NCBI RefSeq assembly: GCF_009914755.1
Contig: NC_060947.1
Direction: 5' to 3' (one strand)
Origin: the human T2T-CHM13v2.0 reference genome, Homo sapiens
DNA length: 64,000 nucleotides
In this document: piece after piece, positions 48,823 to 64,000 of the stretch
Numbering within the stretch: position 1 is the stretch's first letter
Layout of the letters: every line of letters starts with the position of its first letter
Program-made: the position numbers and the translations under genes
Notes under the pieces: generated by a model
Database searches by the model: none
What the model saw: the letters and a program-made list of their open reading frames with translations, nothing else
Told to the model about the DNA's origin: nothing

Positions 48823-50621
48823 TATTGACAAATTGTCATCCAGAAAGGTTGTACAAATTAAATTCCCATTAAGGAAACTGGCTAAATAAGTTATGGTGCA
48901 TTCATGCAATGAAATATTATGTAGAGGTTAAAATGAGGTAGATCACTTTTACTGATGTATAAAAATATAACATACACTGTTAGGTGAAACACCCAGGTTA
49001 CATATGGAGAGTATGATTCCTTTGTGTTAAGGAAACTGGGGCATTAAAATGCACAAACAAATTTTTTCATAAGAAGCATAGATTACAACTAAGTTGTGCC
49101 AGTTCATATACCTACCAGCAGTATGTTCGACTGGTTGTTTGACCATACTTTTGCCAATATGATATTACCTAATTTTAAAATTCTTGCCAAGTTAATAGAT
49201 GAGAAAAGAGCGTCTTAATTTTACAGTCAGGTTTTGTACTTTTTCCCAAGTTTATTGGCTTGAATTAATTCTTTTGTGAAATTCTTGTTCCACGTCCATT
49301 TTTCCTTGTTGTATTCATCTTTTGGTGGTTTGTAAAGCTCTTTACGTATTAGATATTAACCCTCTGGCTTCTTATCCATGTTTTCCTTTGTATTGTATTT
49401 AGGGTGATTAATGATGTACAAAAGGTTTTTCCTTTTTTATGCAGTCAAATCTTCCTGTATTTTTAGGTGTAAAGAGCCCTTTCCACCTTAGATTTATATA
49501 GTTGTTCCTCTACATATTTTTCTAGTACTTATTTGATTTTTTTTAACATTGAGATCTTTAATCCATCAGGGATTTATTCATGTAGGCTATGAGGTAGGGT
49601 TTAGCATTGTTTTCAAATGCTTATATTACCCAGTTGTCTTAGTGTCATTTATTAAATAAGCCATTTTTTCAAGGTTATATAATTTTTTCAAATTGTTTTT
49701 ATTAGAAATCTATACATTTCACATGTTTTAAAATCAAGTTTGAGGTGTAATTTACAATAAAATTTACTCTTTTTTGAGTGTTCAGTTAGAAGAATGTTAG
49801 CAAATATATGCAATTTTGTAACCACTGCTCCATTAAAAATATAGAATATTTCCATCATCTCCTAAAAGTTATCTTGTAGTCCTTTGCAGTCAACCCCCTC
49901 TGTTAATCGCCTTGCAAACACTGATCAGTTTTCTGTCCCTAAAGTCTTACAAGATGTCCTATAAATGAAATCACACAGTACATAGCTTTTTGAGTTTGGC
50001 TTCTTTTACTCAGCATAATGTGTTTAAGAGACATCCACACTGTGGTGTGTGTCAGTAGTTCATTTCCTTTTATTGCTGAGCAGTATTCTATAATATGGTT
50101 GTAACCACAGTTTATTTAACCATTCACTTGTTCAAGGACATCAGAGTTGTATCTAGTTTTTAATCTATTATTAGTGAAAATGCTATAAACATTCATGTAG
50201 AAGTCTTTGTGTGACATGTTTTCATTTCTCTTGGGTAAATACCTGGGAGTGGGATTTCTGGGTCATGTGGTAAGTGTATGTGTTATTTTATAACCAAGTG
50301 TCAGACTGTTTTCCATAATGATTGCACTATCTTATTTTTACCAACAATACATAGAGATCTAGTTTCTCTGCGTTCTTATGAGCGCTTGGAATTGTCGGTA
50401 TTTTTAATTTTAGCCATTCTAGTAGGTGTGTCAGGGTTATATAATTTGTTTAGAATAATTTGCATATTTTGAGCAGTGTTTCCCAACTCATCCCCTCATC
50501 TCTTAACTTGCCCAGTCCATCTTCAGTTGCACAACCTGAGGCAGCTCTTGTTTCTGTTTTTCTTCTTTCCATTTCTTTTCTAAGAACATCTGTGCAGAAA
50601 ACGAGCTTAGACATAACCTAA

Positions 50622-50806
50622 TGCAGGGTTTGGTAGACTTTTTTCTGTAAAGGGCCAGATAATAAATGATTTTGTTTTTGCAAGCCATTCAGTCTCTGTC
50701 ACAACTCAACTCTGCCATTATAACATGAATGCAGGTGAAGGCAATATGAAACAAAGACCAGCATTCAGCCGGATTTGACCTGTGGACCATAGTTTGCTGA
50801 CCCCTG
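50622..50806. mobile_element. MER58A hAT relic
   Basis: cagggtt..ttttctgtaaagggccagata..actcaactctgcc..tagtttgctgacccctg. Confidence 0.8.
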
Positions 50807-51505
50807 GTTTAGTATAACAACTTTATTTTACAGATGAGAGGACCGAGCTCATGTTTCACCCTTTCCTCTGATTTACAAGTAAAAGTAAAAAAAAGGCAAG
50901 GACCAGGATATTGGCTTTTACCATAAGAGACATGCTTGAATTGGGTTCAAGATAAGTGTGCTTTATGTGTAATTTCCTGTTCTAGCAAATGATGTTAGAT
51001 GAAGCTCTTAATATAGGGTCTTTCGGCAATTTCGATTGCAGTAAGACTTTAGGAACATCTTATGTTTTACCATTCATCTCAATGCTACTTGACTTTTTGA
51101 ACCTATTATGTCTCTGGAGCAATGAGCATTAAGAAAATAAAGGTAATAAAGGTCTCAGCAAAACAGTTGGAGTAAGAACGGCATGACATCCTTTTATTCT
51201 TCTTAATAGATTTTATTTCCAGTGGTGGAAATGTCCAAATTTGTTTATTTCTGGAGATAGTCATTGTACATCATGTAACTATCTCATGATTCCCACCTCC
51301 ATTTAATATTAATTCCTGATTGTTCTGTTTCATTAATCATTCAGATAGATAAAGATTCTTAGGTCAAAAAAAAAAAAAAAACAGGAAATCATACCCCTAC
51401 GGTTCCATCCACACAAACCTAAAAATAAGCATTGGCACTAAGTACTCAGGGAAAGAACACTGTTTAGATATGTCATTGTGTATGTGTTTTTTTCCTCCCT
51501 TCTAG

Positions 51506-51598
51506 CACTGGAAGAAGTACGACATCTATGAGAAGCAAACCAAGGAGGAAACCGACTCTGTAGTGCTGATAGAAAACCTGAAGAAAGCCTCTCAGTGA
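51506..51598 (+). CDS. IL13RA1: IL13RA1 exon 11, coding part
   Basis: Acceptor ttctag, HWKKYDIYEKQTKEETDSVVLIENLKKASQ then TGA at 51596-51598; carries the two cytoplasmic tyrosines (YDIY). Confidence 0.98.
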   Translation, partial: HWKKYDIYEKQTKEETDSVVLIENLKKASQ

Positions 51599-52088
51599 TG
51601 GAGATAATTTATTTTTACCTTCACTGTGACCTTGAGAAGATTCTTCCCATTCTCCATTTGTTATCTGGGAACTTATTAAATGGAAACTGAAACTACTGCA
51701 CCATTTAAAAACAGGCAGCTCATAAGAGCCACAGGTCTTTATGTTGAGTCGCGCACCGAAAAACTAAAAATAATGGGCGCTTTGGAGAAGAGTGTGGAGT
51801 CATTCTCATTGAATTATAAAAGCCAGCAGGCTTCAAACTAGGGGACAAAGCAAAAAGTGATGATAGTGGTGGAGTTAATCTTATCAAGAGTTGTGACAAC
51901 TTCCTGAGGGATCTATACTTGCTTTGTGTTCTTTGTGTCAACATGAACAAATTTTATTTGTAGGGGAACTCATTTGGGGTGCAAATGCTAATGTCAAACT
52001 TGAGTCACAAAGAACATGTAGAAAACAAAATGGATAAAATCTGATATGTATTGTTTGGGATCCTATTGAACCATGTTTGTGGCTATTA

Positions 52089-52511
<423 letters not shown>

Positions 52512-54251
52512 CTACAGAAAAACCAGAGGCAGCTTCTTTGCCAAGACCTTTCAAAGCCATTTTAGGCTGTTAGGGGCAGTGGAGGTAGAATGACTCCTTG
52601 GGTATTAGAGTTTCAACCATGAAGTCTCTAACAATGTATTTTCTTCACCTCTGCTACTCAAGTAGCATTTACTGTGTCTTTGGTTTGTGCTAGGCCCCCG
52701 GGTGTGAAGCACAGACCCCTTCCAGGGGTTTACAGTCTATTTGAGACTCCTCAGTTCTTGCCACTTTTTTTTTTAATCTCCACCAGTCATTTTTCAGACC
52801 TTTTAACTCCTCAATTCCAACACTGATTTCCCCTTTTGCATTCTCCCTCCTTCCCTTCCTTGTAGCCTTTTGACTTTCATTGGAAATTAGGATGTAAATC
52901 TGCTCAGGAGACCTGGAGGAGCAGAGGATAATTAGCATCTCAGGTTAAGTGTGAGTAATCTGAGAAACAATGACTAATTCTTGCATATTTTGTAACTTCC
53001 ATGTGAGGGTTTTCAGCATTGATATTTGTGCATTTTCTAAACAGAGATGAGGTGGTATCTTCACGTAGAACATTGGTATTCGCTTGAGAAAAAAAGAATA
53101 GTTGAACCTATTTCTCTTTCTTTACAAGATGGGTCCAGGATTCCTCTTTTCTCTGCCATAAATGATTAATTAAATAGCTTTTGTGTCTTACATTGGTAGC
53201 CAGCCAGCCAAGGCTCTGTTTATGCTTTTGGGGGGCATATATTGGGTTCCATTCTCACCTATCCACACAACATATCCGTATATATCCCCTCTACTCTTAC
53301 TTCCCCCAAATTTAAAGAAGTATGGGAAATGAGAGGCATTTCCCCCACCCCATTTCTCTCCTCACACACAGACTCATATTACTGGTAGGAACTTGAGAAC
53401 TTTATTTCCAAGTTGTTCAAACATTTACCAATCATATTAATACAATGATGCTATTTGCAATTCCTGCTCCTAGGGGAGGGGAGATAAGAAACCCTCACTC
53501 TCTACAGGTTTGGGTACAAGTGGCAACCTGCTTCCATGGCCGTGTAGAAGCATGGTGCCCTGGCTTCTCTGAGGAAGCTGGGGTTCATGACAATGGCAGA
53601 TGTAAAGTTATTCTTGAAGTCAGATTGAGGCTGGGAGACAGCCGTAGTAGATGTTCTACTTTGTTCTGCTGTTCTCTAGAAAGAATATTTGGTTTTCCTG
53701 TATAGGAATGAGATTAATTCCTTTCCAGGTATTTTATAATTCTGGGAAGCAAAACCCATGCCTCCCCCTAGCCATTTTTACTGTTATCCTATTTAGATGG
53801 CCATGAAGAGGATGCTGTGAAATTCCCAACAAACATTGATGCTGACAGTCATGCAGTCTGGGAGTGGGGAAGTGATCTTTTGTTCCCATCCTCTTCTTTT
53901 AGCAGTAAAATAGCTGAGGGAAAAGGGAGGGAAAAGGAAGTTATGGGAATACCTGTGGTGGTTGTGATCCCTAGGTCTTGGGAGCTCTTGGAGGTGTCTG
54001 TATCAGTGGATTTCCCATCCCCTGTGGGAAATTAGTAGGCTCATTTACTGTTTTAGGTCTAGCCTATGTGGATTTTTTCCTAACATACCTAAGCAAACCC
54101 AGTGTCAGGATGGTAATTCTTATTCTTTCGTTCAGTTAAGTTTTTCCCTTCATCTGGGCACTGAAGGGATATGTGAAACAATGTTAACATTTTTGGTAGT
54201 CTTCAACCAGGGATTGTTTCTGTTTAACTTCTTATAGGAAAGCTTGAGTAA

Positions 54252-54257
54252 AATAAA
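54252..54257 (+). terminator. Polyadenylation signal of IL13RA1
   Basis: AATAAA followed by U/GU-rich tracts (tgttttcctttggtcttattttg). Confidence 0.8.
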
Positions 54258-54684
54258 TATTGTCTTTTTGTATGTCACCCAAATGTTTTCCTTTGGTCTT
54301 ATTTTGGGGAAATGGTGGGAGGTAGAGAAAATTGGAGTTAAAAGAAGAAACATTATGAAAAAATTCCAAGCCAGCTATTTTATCTTATAATCATTCATCA
54401 TGAGTTTCTTTGATGTTCTGGCTGTTCCGGTGTGCCTATGTTTTCTGATAAGGGCATAAATACACTTAGTTTAATATTAATTTAGCCTTTGTAAGCAGCA
54501 CTTGAAGGGACTTAAGTATTCAATAAATTGTAGTTATGATAATTAATGGAAATGGAGGGTTGGTCCTTTCTAATATTAAGCTAAAGTGGAATGCAATATG
54601 ATTAATGATATACATGATGTGCAATGTCTAGTCACAAGGGAATATATTAGCAGGTTAGATTAGAGACCAAGAAAGTCAGTTTTT

Positions 54685-54990
54685 GACTGGACGCAGTGGC
54701 TCACGCCTGTAATCCCAGCACTTTGGAAGGCTGAAGCGGGCTGATCATGAGGTCAGGAGATCCAGACCATCCTGGCTAACACGGTGAAACCCCATCTGTA
54801 CTAAAAATACAAAAAAATTAGCTGGGTGTAGTGGCGGGCGACTGTGGTCCCAGCTACTCAGGAGGCTGAGGCAGGAGAATGGCGTGAACCCGGGAGGTGG
54901 AGCTTGCAGCATGCCACTGCACTCCAGCCTGGGCAACAGAGCGAGACTCCGTCTCAAAAAAAAAAAAAAAAAAAGAAAAAGAAAAAAAAA
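54685..54990 (+). mobile_element. AluY-like
   Basis: gaccatcctggctaacacgg, gaatggcgtgaacccggg; short deletion in right arm. Confidence 0.93.
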
Positions 54991-56259
54991 TCAGTTTTCA
55001 ATAGCTGTCCTTTTAAAAGCTGGTGATACAGTTTCATATTTTCTATAACTACAGCAAAATGGTTTTAATGTCATGGAGGTTTTCTTCCCCTCATTTGTGT
55101 TAAGCTCAAGGAGTGTGTCTTCAGCCAGATCACATTTGCTAATTACCCTGAATCTTTATAGAATCCAAACCCTAGGGAAAGAGTGAGGGTGCTGATCTTG
55201 GTCAAGTTATTTATCTGGAATTATCCAGGAAGATTCTGAAAATCCGTTTCTAGGTAAGTGTAGCTGTTTTGTTGTTCTTGTTATTTTAAAATAAGAAACC
55301 TCTTTTCTGATTCTTAACACATCAACAGTGAGTATTACAACAGAAAACATTTAAAATTGAGAACCCCCTTGAGGTCGTAAATTTGTGTGAGATCTATGGA
55401 AAACAAATTCCTGTAGCCACAAACATGATCACTTTGTCTCAGGGGTAGAGGAGCCAGAGTGATCTAAGCACATTTGATTTCCAGAGGAATTTATCATTTC
55501 CTTGTTTCCATGAACTCTTGCTCTTTTGAAGGTGTAACTTATGCTCACATGAATAGCACATTATGCTACTAACTTATTAGTAGTTTTAAAAGAAAGCAAG
55601 AGGACAAGAACATTTATTTCAGAGACTCTGTTTTCTTTTAAACCCTGACGGTTGAGTCAAACAAAGTCTTTTTTGTAAATACTGTAGCTAAATCTTGGCA
55701 TGCTTTTACTTTAAGCAAGGGAGGAGTTTTACTGACATTTGGATGTGCTAGATATTTTTGACATCAATCCCCAAGATGATTTCTTCTTGAAGGTTCTCTG
55801 GCTTTTTACTATCTTTCCTAACGGTCACATTTTTAGTTTACCATTAGCAACAGGAAAATATTTAACTGCTGGTTTTCAGCATTTATTGGGTAGACCATTA
55901 TAAAAAGAAAATTAATAGTTTCTGAGTGGCTCCTATGTGCCGAGTTACATGTGTGATTTCACATAATCTGTATGCTGGTCCCATGAGTTAGGTTGTGTTG
56001 TTAACGTCATTTTACAGATGAAGAAACTGAGACATAGAGCGATTGAGCTGTGTATGCAAGATCACATAGCTAGTAAGAGACTAAGACAAAATTGGGAAGC
56101 AAGTCAGCCTGACTTTAAAGCCTGTATAATATAGTCAGTGGTATATTTACTTGTCCCCAAAAGGCAGTTACCTAAAGAAAAAAACATCTTATTTCGCATT
56201 TTGCCAAATTGCTTATCAACTGGAAGATTTCTGATTTTAAATCATTAATTGCAAAGTGA

Positions 56260-56578
<319 letters not shown>

Positions 56579-57309
56579 CTATAGTGTCTTTTAAGAGATT
56601 CATTTGTGCATTCATTTATCTACGAGCTAGACAATGTGTTATGTAATAGGAATTTAGAAGTCAATAAGATTTGGCTTAGTATCAGGTGGTTAGTTAAGGG
56701 AAGGCTACTTTGTATAGGGGAAAGAAACCTGGATTATCATTTAGGAGTTCCAAATGAATGTGGGCAGATAACTTTCTCTGTCTGGGTCTGTTTCCCTATC
56801 TGTAAAATGAAGGTGTTAGACAGTGATGTATAATCCCATCCATGACTCCTAATGGTGACCATAGGTTGTGGAGTTCATTTGGAAGTGAGAATCTTTGCTA
56901 TAAACACTAGCTCTAGGCATCAGCGTTCTCATCTGTAAAATGAGGAGGTTGGACTAGATTAGCTCTATTAATTTTGACATCCAATAAAGGTTAAGATGAT
57001 TTTTGTTTTACAAATCAAGAAAATACCTCTTATTCACTACAGGATGTAGCGAAACTGCCAAAAATAACCAGAGGAGCAGGCCCTTTAATGCAGTGGGAAG
57101 AACAAAGGAATTAATACATTAGATGAAACCTGTGGTCTACCCAAATCAGGATTTTCACAAGGGCCCAGCCATGATTGCATCTAACAAATATTTCTTAATA
57201 TGCATGTATGATACTTTAAAAGCCAAAGAGTATTATAGGGCTTATCATTTAAAAAAAGCAGCCTCCTGTCCCACTCCTCCTTACCCCTGATTCCTGCTCC
57301 TAGAAAAGA

Positions 57310-57760
57310 TGTCAACACCCTAATTCTGGGACCTGTGGCTATGTAACTTTACATGGAAAAAGGAACTTTGCAGATGTAATTGTGGTTCAGGCCTTAAGAT
57401 AGATTTTCCTGGATTATCTGGGTGAGCCCAATATCAAGCCCTTAGAAGCCGAGAAATTGGCTGCTTTGGCTGAAAGCAGAAGAGGGAGAAAGAGCCAAAG
57501 CACAAAAAGGGCTCAAAGTGCTGTTGCTGGCTTGAGGATGTAAGGGGCCATGTAGGAAGTGTGAGAAGGAACTGGATACTACCAGTAACTTGAGTGGGCC
57601 TGGATGCAGATTTTCTCCCAGAGCCTCCATATAGGAGCACAAGCTGGCAGACACCATAATCTGGGCCTTGTGAGACCCTGAGCAGAGAGTGCAGCCACAC
57701 TGTGCTGGACTTCTGACCTACAGAAGTGTGATATAATATGTTTGTGTTATTTTAAACTAC
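57310..57760. mobile_element. MLT1D-like MaLR LTR
   Basis: ggaactttgcagatgtaatt..cctggattatctgggtgagccc..ggacttctgacctacagaa. Confidence 0.75.
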
Positions 57761-58044
57761 ATTTAACATGTTTTACCTGTTTCTTTTGGTATATAACCCT
57801 TTACTTTTGAATAATACCCTAATATTGCAATTTCTTTAGATTTAGAAATGATCTTTCTTCTGTAGAAGATGAGGAATTAGCTTGCTTTTATGCCTCTCAA
57901 CACGCACTTGTGCACACATACTCACACTTCTCTTCCAAAAATATAAATATTTTCGTTAAAATAGTCAATATTTGCATTATACTTATATAAATATTGCTTG
58001 TGGTTAACTTATGCACTGTACCATTAATTATATTTTTTTGTTTT

Positions 58045-58178
58045 TTTCCCCATATTGTCTCCCCTTTATTTTTTTATGTACCTGTCATGAGTTCAATCCC
58101 AAACTTTTCCCCATATTGTCTCCCTTTCTTTGATTTATTTTTGTATGTACCTGTCATGAGTTCAATCCCAAACTTTTC
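58045..58178. repeat. Local tandem duplication (2 copies of about 60-70 bp)
   Basis: ttttccccatattgtctccc...tatgtacctgtcatgagttcaatcccaaac occurs twice. Confidence 0.9.
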
Positions 58179-59194
58179 TGAAGAACCATAACACTTCACT
58201 CAATATGATCAAACATGTTAGGTAATCCATGAGTTTCATGAATTTTTGGGGGGAGACAGCCCTCTTTAGAGTTTGCTGCCCTCCTGATCCATCCTGAAAT
58301 GGTTGTTCTCTAGGCCGAGCACCTAGCTGCCATCCTGGGAATTCCCTCCACTTCCAGCTTCTGTTTCCTGCATTCCCAGTTGTCCCCCTTCTTGGATTAT
58401 GCCCTGGTTTTGCTGGACCACACCGTTTACTAAGTTCCTTAGAAAGGTTGCATGGGAGGTGATTTTTATTTTTTTCAGACAGGGTCTCATTCTATTGCCC
58501 AGGCTAGAGTACAGTGGTGAGAGGGGACAGCGTGCTGGCAGTCCTCACAGCCCTCGCTCGCTCTCGGCGCCTCCTCTGCCTGGGCTCCCACTTTGGCGGC
58601 ACTTGAGGAGCCCTTCGGCCCGCCGCTGCACTGTGGGAGCCCCTTTCTGGGCTGGCCAAGGCTGGAGCCCACTCCCTCAGCTTGCAGGGAGGTGTGGAGG
58701 GAGAGGCACGAGCGGGAACCGGGGCTGCGTGAGGCGCTTGTGGGCCAGCTGGAGTTCCGGGTGGGCATGGGCTTGGTGGGCCCGCACTCGGAGCAGCCAG
58801 CCAGCCCTGCTGGCCCCGGGCAATGGGGGACTTAGCACCCGGGCCAATGGCTGCGGAGGGTGTACTGAGTCCCCCAGCAGTGCCGGCCCACCGGCGCTGT
58901 GCTCGATTTCTCACCGAGCCTTAGCTGCCTTCCCGCGGGGCAGGGCTCGGGACCTGCAGCCCTCCATGCCTGAGCCTCCCACCCACTCCATGGGCTCCTG
59001 TGCGGCCCGAGCCTCCCGGACGAGCACTACCCCCTGCTCCACGGCGCCCAGTCCCATTGACCACCCAAGGGCTGAGGAATGCGAGCGCACAGTGCAGGAC
59101 TGGCAGGCAGCTCCACCTGCAGCCCCTGTGCGGGATCCACGAGGTGAAGCCAGCTGAGCTCCTGAGTCTGGTGGGGACGTGGAGAGTCTTTGTA

Positions 59195-59830
59195 TGTAGC
59201 TCAGGGATTGTAAATACACCAATCAGCACCCTGTGTTTAGCTCAAGGTTTGTGAGTGCACCAATCGACACTCTGTATCTAGCTGCTCTGGTGAGGATGTG
59301 GAGAACCTTTATGTCTAGCTCAGGGATTGTAAACACACCAATCATCACCCTGTGTGTAGCTCAAGGTTTGTGAGTGCACCAATCGACACTCTGTATCTAG
59401 CTGCTCTGGTGGGGCCTTGGAGAACCTTTATGTCTAGCTCAGGGATTGTAAACACACCAATCAGCACCTTGTGTTTAGCTCAAGGTTTGTGAGTGCACCA
59501 ATCGACACTCTGTATCTAGCTGCTCTGGTGGGGCCTTGGAGAACCTTTATGTCTAGCTCAGGGATTGTAAACACACCAATCAGCACCTTGTGTTTAGCTC
59601 AAGGTTTGTGAGTGCACCAATCGACACTCTGTATCTAGCTGCTCTGGTGGGGCCTTGGAGAACCTTTATGTCTTGCTCAGGGATTGTAAATACACCAATC
59701 GGCACTCTGTATCTAGCTGAAGGTTTGTAAACACACCAATCAGCACCCTGTGTTTAGCTCAAGGTTTGTGAGTGCACCAATTGACACTCTGTATCTAGCT
59801 GCTCTGGTGGGGCCTTGGAGAACCTGTGTA
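59195..59830 (+). repeat. About 119-bp tandem array of CCAAT-containing units in LTR12C U3
   Basis: tcagggattgtaaa recurs near 59201, 59320, 59439, 59557 and 59676. Confidence 0.9.
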
Positions 59831-59939
59831 TCCAAAGTCTGTATCTAACTAATCTAATGGGGAGGTAGAGAACCTTTGTATCTAGCTCAGGGATTGTAAA
59901 CGTACCAATAAGTGCCCTGACAAAACAGGCCACTGGGCT

Positions 59940-60010
59940 CTACCAATCAGCAGGATGTGGGTGGGGCCAGATAAGAGAATAAAAGCAGGCTGCCTGAGCC
60001 AGCAGTGGCG
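59940..60010 (+). promoter_or_regulatory. LTR12C core promoter
   Basis: CCAAT (59943), GGGTGGGGCC GC-box, AGATAA, and AATAAA TATA-equivalent (59978-59983), as described for ERV9 LTRs. Confidence 0.7.
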
Positions 60011-60519
60011 ACCCGCGCGGGTCCCCTTCCACTTCTTTCACTCTTTGCAATATCTTGCTACTGCTCACTCTTTGGGTCCACGCTGCTTTTATGAGCTGTA
60101 ACACTCACTGCGAAGACCTGCGGCTTCACTCCTGAGCCCAGCGAGACCACGAGCCCACCGGGAGGAACGAAGAACTCCAGACGCGCTACCTTAAGAGCTG
60201 TAACACACACCGCCAAGGTCTGCAGCTTCACTCATTAGCCAGTGAGACCACGAACCCACCAGAAGGAAGAAACTCGGAACACATCTGAACATCAGAAGGG
60301 ACAGACTCCAGACGCGCCACCTTAAGAGCTGTAACAGTCACGGCGTGGGTCCGCGGCTTCATTCTTGAAGTCAGGGAGACTAAGAACCCACCAATTCGGG
60401 ACAGTGGCATGATCACGGCTCACTGCAGCCTCGACCTTCCGGGCTGAAGTGATCATCCCACTTCAGCCTCCCAATTAGCTCGGACTATGGGCACATACCA
60501 CCATGCCCAGCTAAGTTTC

Positions 60520-60832
<313 letters not shown>

Positions 60833-63542
60833 AAGATGATTTTTGTAAAATCATTTTTTGTCTAAATATAATCTTCACACATGATTAAAATTTTTACTAG
60901 GTGAAGAATTACTAATTGGAAACAATTTCCTCTGAGAATGTTGAAAGCATTATTCCGATGTGTTGTTGCTTCTAGTGTTGCTTTAGAAATGTCTGATTTC
61001 TAATTTTCTACATGTAACTTTTATCTGCAAGGTTTTCTCTTGGCCTCTTTTCTCTTGGTGTTTTAAATTTTAATGATATGCCTTATTGTGGATCTTCTTC
61101 CATTTACTGGGCTGGACTTTGTGAGCCCTTTCAATCTAAAATCTCATGCTTCATTTTTAAGACATTGCTTTCTATTATTTCTCACACAATAGCTTCCCTT
61201 GTGTTTTCTTTATCTCTAGGATTCCTATTAGTTGTACATTGGACATCCTGGACTGATTCTGTAATTTTCGTATCTTTTTTCTCCCATGTTCCCTTTATTT
61301 GTCTTTTGGTTCTGCTTTTTGGGAGATTTTCTTAACTTGATCTACCTGAGGCTCAGTCCTCATCTGTAAAATGCTGATAAAAGGACCTACCACCTAGCGT
61401 TGCTGTGAGGTGTCAGTGAAATAAAATGTAAAATGCTTAGCACAGTGAACTTTAATAAATGGTAGTTGTGGTTGCACATACTGTTATTCTGGAACCAATT
61501 TCTTGTCCCTCCTCATGTGAAAATGACAATCTTGGTTTACAATATCATACTATAATATTTGCCTTCATTGTAGTGAATTTGTAATGACATGGCATTTTCC
61601 AATTATACTGTTTTTAGAAAAAAATTCTATGGTATAAATCCAGTTAGCAACATTAATTCTTATTTATGCTTCTACAAACACTTAAAAGTATTTTTTTTCT
61701 TTTTTCTTTTCTTTTTTCCACTCTCCCCTCATCCCTGGGGTAGATGAGAACTGGAAAAATAATGCTGGGTATCCACTCCCTGACAGTGAAATAGGTAGTT
61801 TGGAGCCCCAATTAATTACTTTGTTAGGATGAGAGTGCAGATCAAACCTTTAACATGTGAGGGTTGCCGTACACTCTGCCTGCTATGCAGCCCCAAATAA
61901 GGCTGGCCAGTACCTAGGAGCACTGAGGAGGCTAATGGACAATTAACAAACATCGAGTCCAGAGGAGGCCTGGATTCTCTGTAAGCTTTGCAGCCAAAGG
62001 TGGCCCTGCCTGCCCACTTAGGGCCCCATGAAGACTAGAACTAGAATTACAGAAAAAGAATGTCTGCAAGTCAAGAACAATCTGGCTTTACTACTTTATT
62101 TTCATTCCTTCATCTGTTCAGTTGGGGGGCGATGTTAAAGCTATGTGACATGGGCACCAACCAGTCAGGTCAGATGCTGGCTATAATTACTTGGTAGGTT
62201 ATGTATCAACCCTGGATTCAACAGATATTTATTGAGTGTCTACCATGTGCCAGCACTGTGCTAGCTAGGTACTGTATGATGCAGGGCAAGTTTCTTTCTT
62301 TCTCTGAGCTTCAGTTTGCTCACTTGTGAAAAAAAAGGAGTAAGTGATCTACAAGGGCTCCTTTAGGTCTAACATTCGCAATCAATAAAATAGTAACTTT
62401 TGATTGTTTTGGGAAAATAATGGAAACAGCTATAGAAAACAAGCAGCTGACCTAAGACTTGTAGATTTGAAAATGGGGGAAAAAACAGAAAATTATTCTG
62501 AGTTATTGTTTGACTTGAGATTTGGATTAAGAATCAGTTCTACATGTCTTATTTTCATGATGTTTCCAAAGGGAGACAAAGATAGCTCTAATCAAAGGGT
62601 GAGTTTGTTTTACAGCCTTGAACATTCAAGCTCCACCCCACTATCCCCCACCAACATGCATATACAAGACACCTTCCCCCTAAGGAGGCTACTACTTTCT
62701 TTTAGCATCCTCTCTCCAGCTGCTACACTTCAAACCCTTTCGTTCAGTGGTTGGCAATAGCTTGTCCACTCTGGCAAGAGTCCATGTTCCAAGCCTTTCT
62801 TAACTTCCTCTTTTCAGACTTGTCCTGCCTCATTTCCTGTTCCTTGTGGCCTCTGCCTCATAAGATGTTTGATCAATTCATCTTTGCTAATGTAGCCAAG
62901 GAGGGCTAAGAAGTTTGTGGGTTACCATTTCTGGATAAAATTCATATTACAAGGAGCCTCCCCAAACCATGCTACCACTTTTATGGTGGATTAAAAAAAT
63001 ATTATGGGAAAGTTCAAACATATATAGAAGTAAGGAGACTGTTACAGTGAATGGTCATATACCCATCAACTAGCTTCAACAATTATCAAAATTGTCAATC
63101 TTATTTCATTTATACTGCCACCCATTTCCTACTTCCTACATGACGAATTATTTTTAAGCAAGTCCCAGACATCACATCATTTCATCTGTAAATACTTTAG
63201 TATATATCTCTACAAACTAAGGACCCTTTTTGTTTTAAAAAACTGCAATACCATTATCACACTTTAAAACTAAACAATAATTGCTTAATATTCTCAATTA
63301 TCTAGTCAGTGTTTACATTTCCCCAATTGTCTCATAAGTCTTTTTTTCCTACAATTTGCTTGAATCAGGATCCAATAAGGCTCACGGTGATTTTTTAAAT
63401 AATGATGCTTTGTAATATACAGGGGTGAGAATTTGGGAACAAATGATTGTTTGGCCTTTAAAATCGTACTACATTGGCATTTAGGAATGAATACAGCCCT
63501 GCTGCCACAAAGTAGCTCTTTTTCCCTTCCAGATTGCTTTGA

Positions 63543-64000
<458 letters not shown>

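Larger units (their letters stand above)
58518..60403 (+). mobile_element. LTR12C (ERV9) solo LTR inserted into an antisense Alu
   Basis: TGAGAGGGGACAGCGTGCTGGCAG start, GC-rich U3, CCAAT tandem array, end gaacccaccaattcgggaca, 4-bp TSD gtgg at 58514-58517 and 60404-60407. Confidence 0.95.

Noticed and set aside
58399-59157. 252-aa ORF, the longest in the window, plus overlapping ORFs
   Set aside because: Spans an Alu-LTR12C junction and GC-rich U3, which is stop-poor by composition; no protein-family motif.
59195-59830. Regular repeat array resembling CRISPR
   Set aside because: Units are near-identical over their full length with no unique spacers; normal ERV9 LTR enhancer repeats in a human locus.

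Overview
Human (primate) genomic DNA holding exons 2-11 of IL13RA1 (interleukin-13 receptor alpha 1) on the + strand. I placed the exons by reading GT-AG boundaries and translating them. They give 1196 coding nt from ETQPPVTN to ...KKASQ*, and exon 1 (signal peptide) lies upstream of the window. The 3' UTR is about 2.7 kb, contains an Alu, and ends near AATAAA at 54252. Intron 8 carries a sense, CpG-rich, frameshifted TMEM30B (CDC50B)-like retrocopy. The rest is mostly repeats: about 35 Alus, MIR/L2/L1 fragments, MaLR LTRs, DNA-transposon relics, a solo MER11 LTR in intron 10, and a solo LTR12C downstream inserted into an Alu. The most interesting signal is a cluster of features that could yield non-signalling or soluble receptor isoforms. 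(1) The transmembrane exon begins with GTAAGA, so the exon 8-9 junction recreates the exon 8 donor (recursive-splicing motif). (2) The same exon sits between a close inverted Alu pair. (3) Skipping it opens a 47-codon frame that stops in the last exon. (4) The antisense MER11 offers an in-frame terminal exon with a poly(A) signal. These are hypotheses from sequence only. Most ORFs in the supplied track are repeat-derived noise, and repeat subfamily names come from recalled consensus, not a search.
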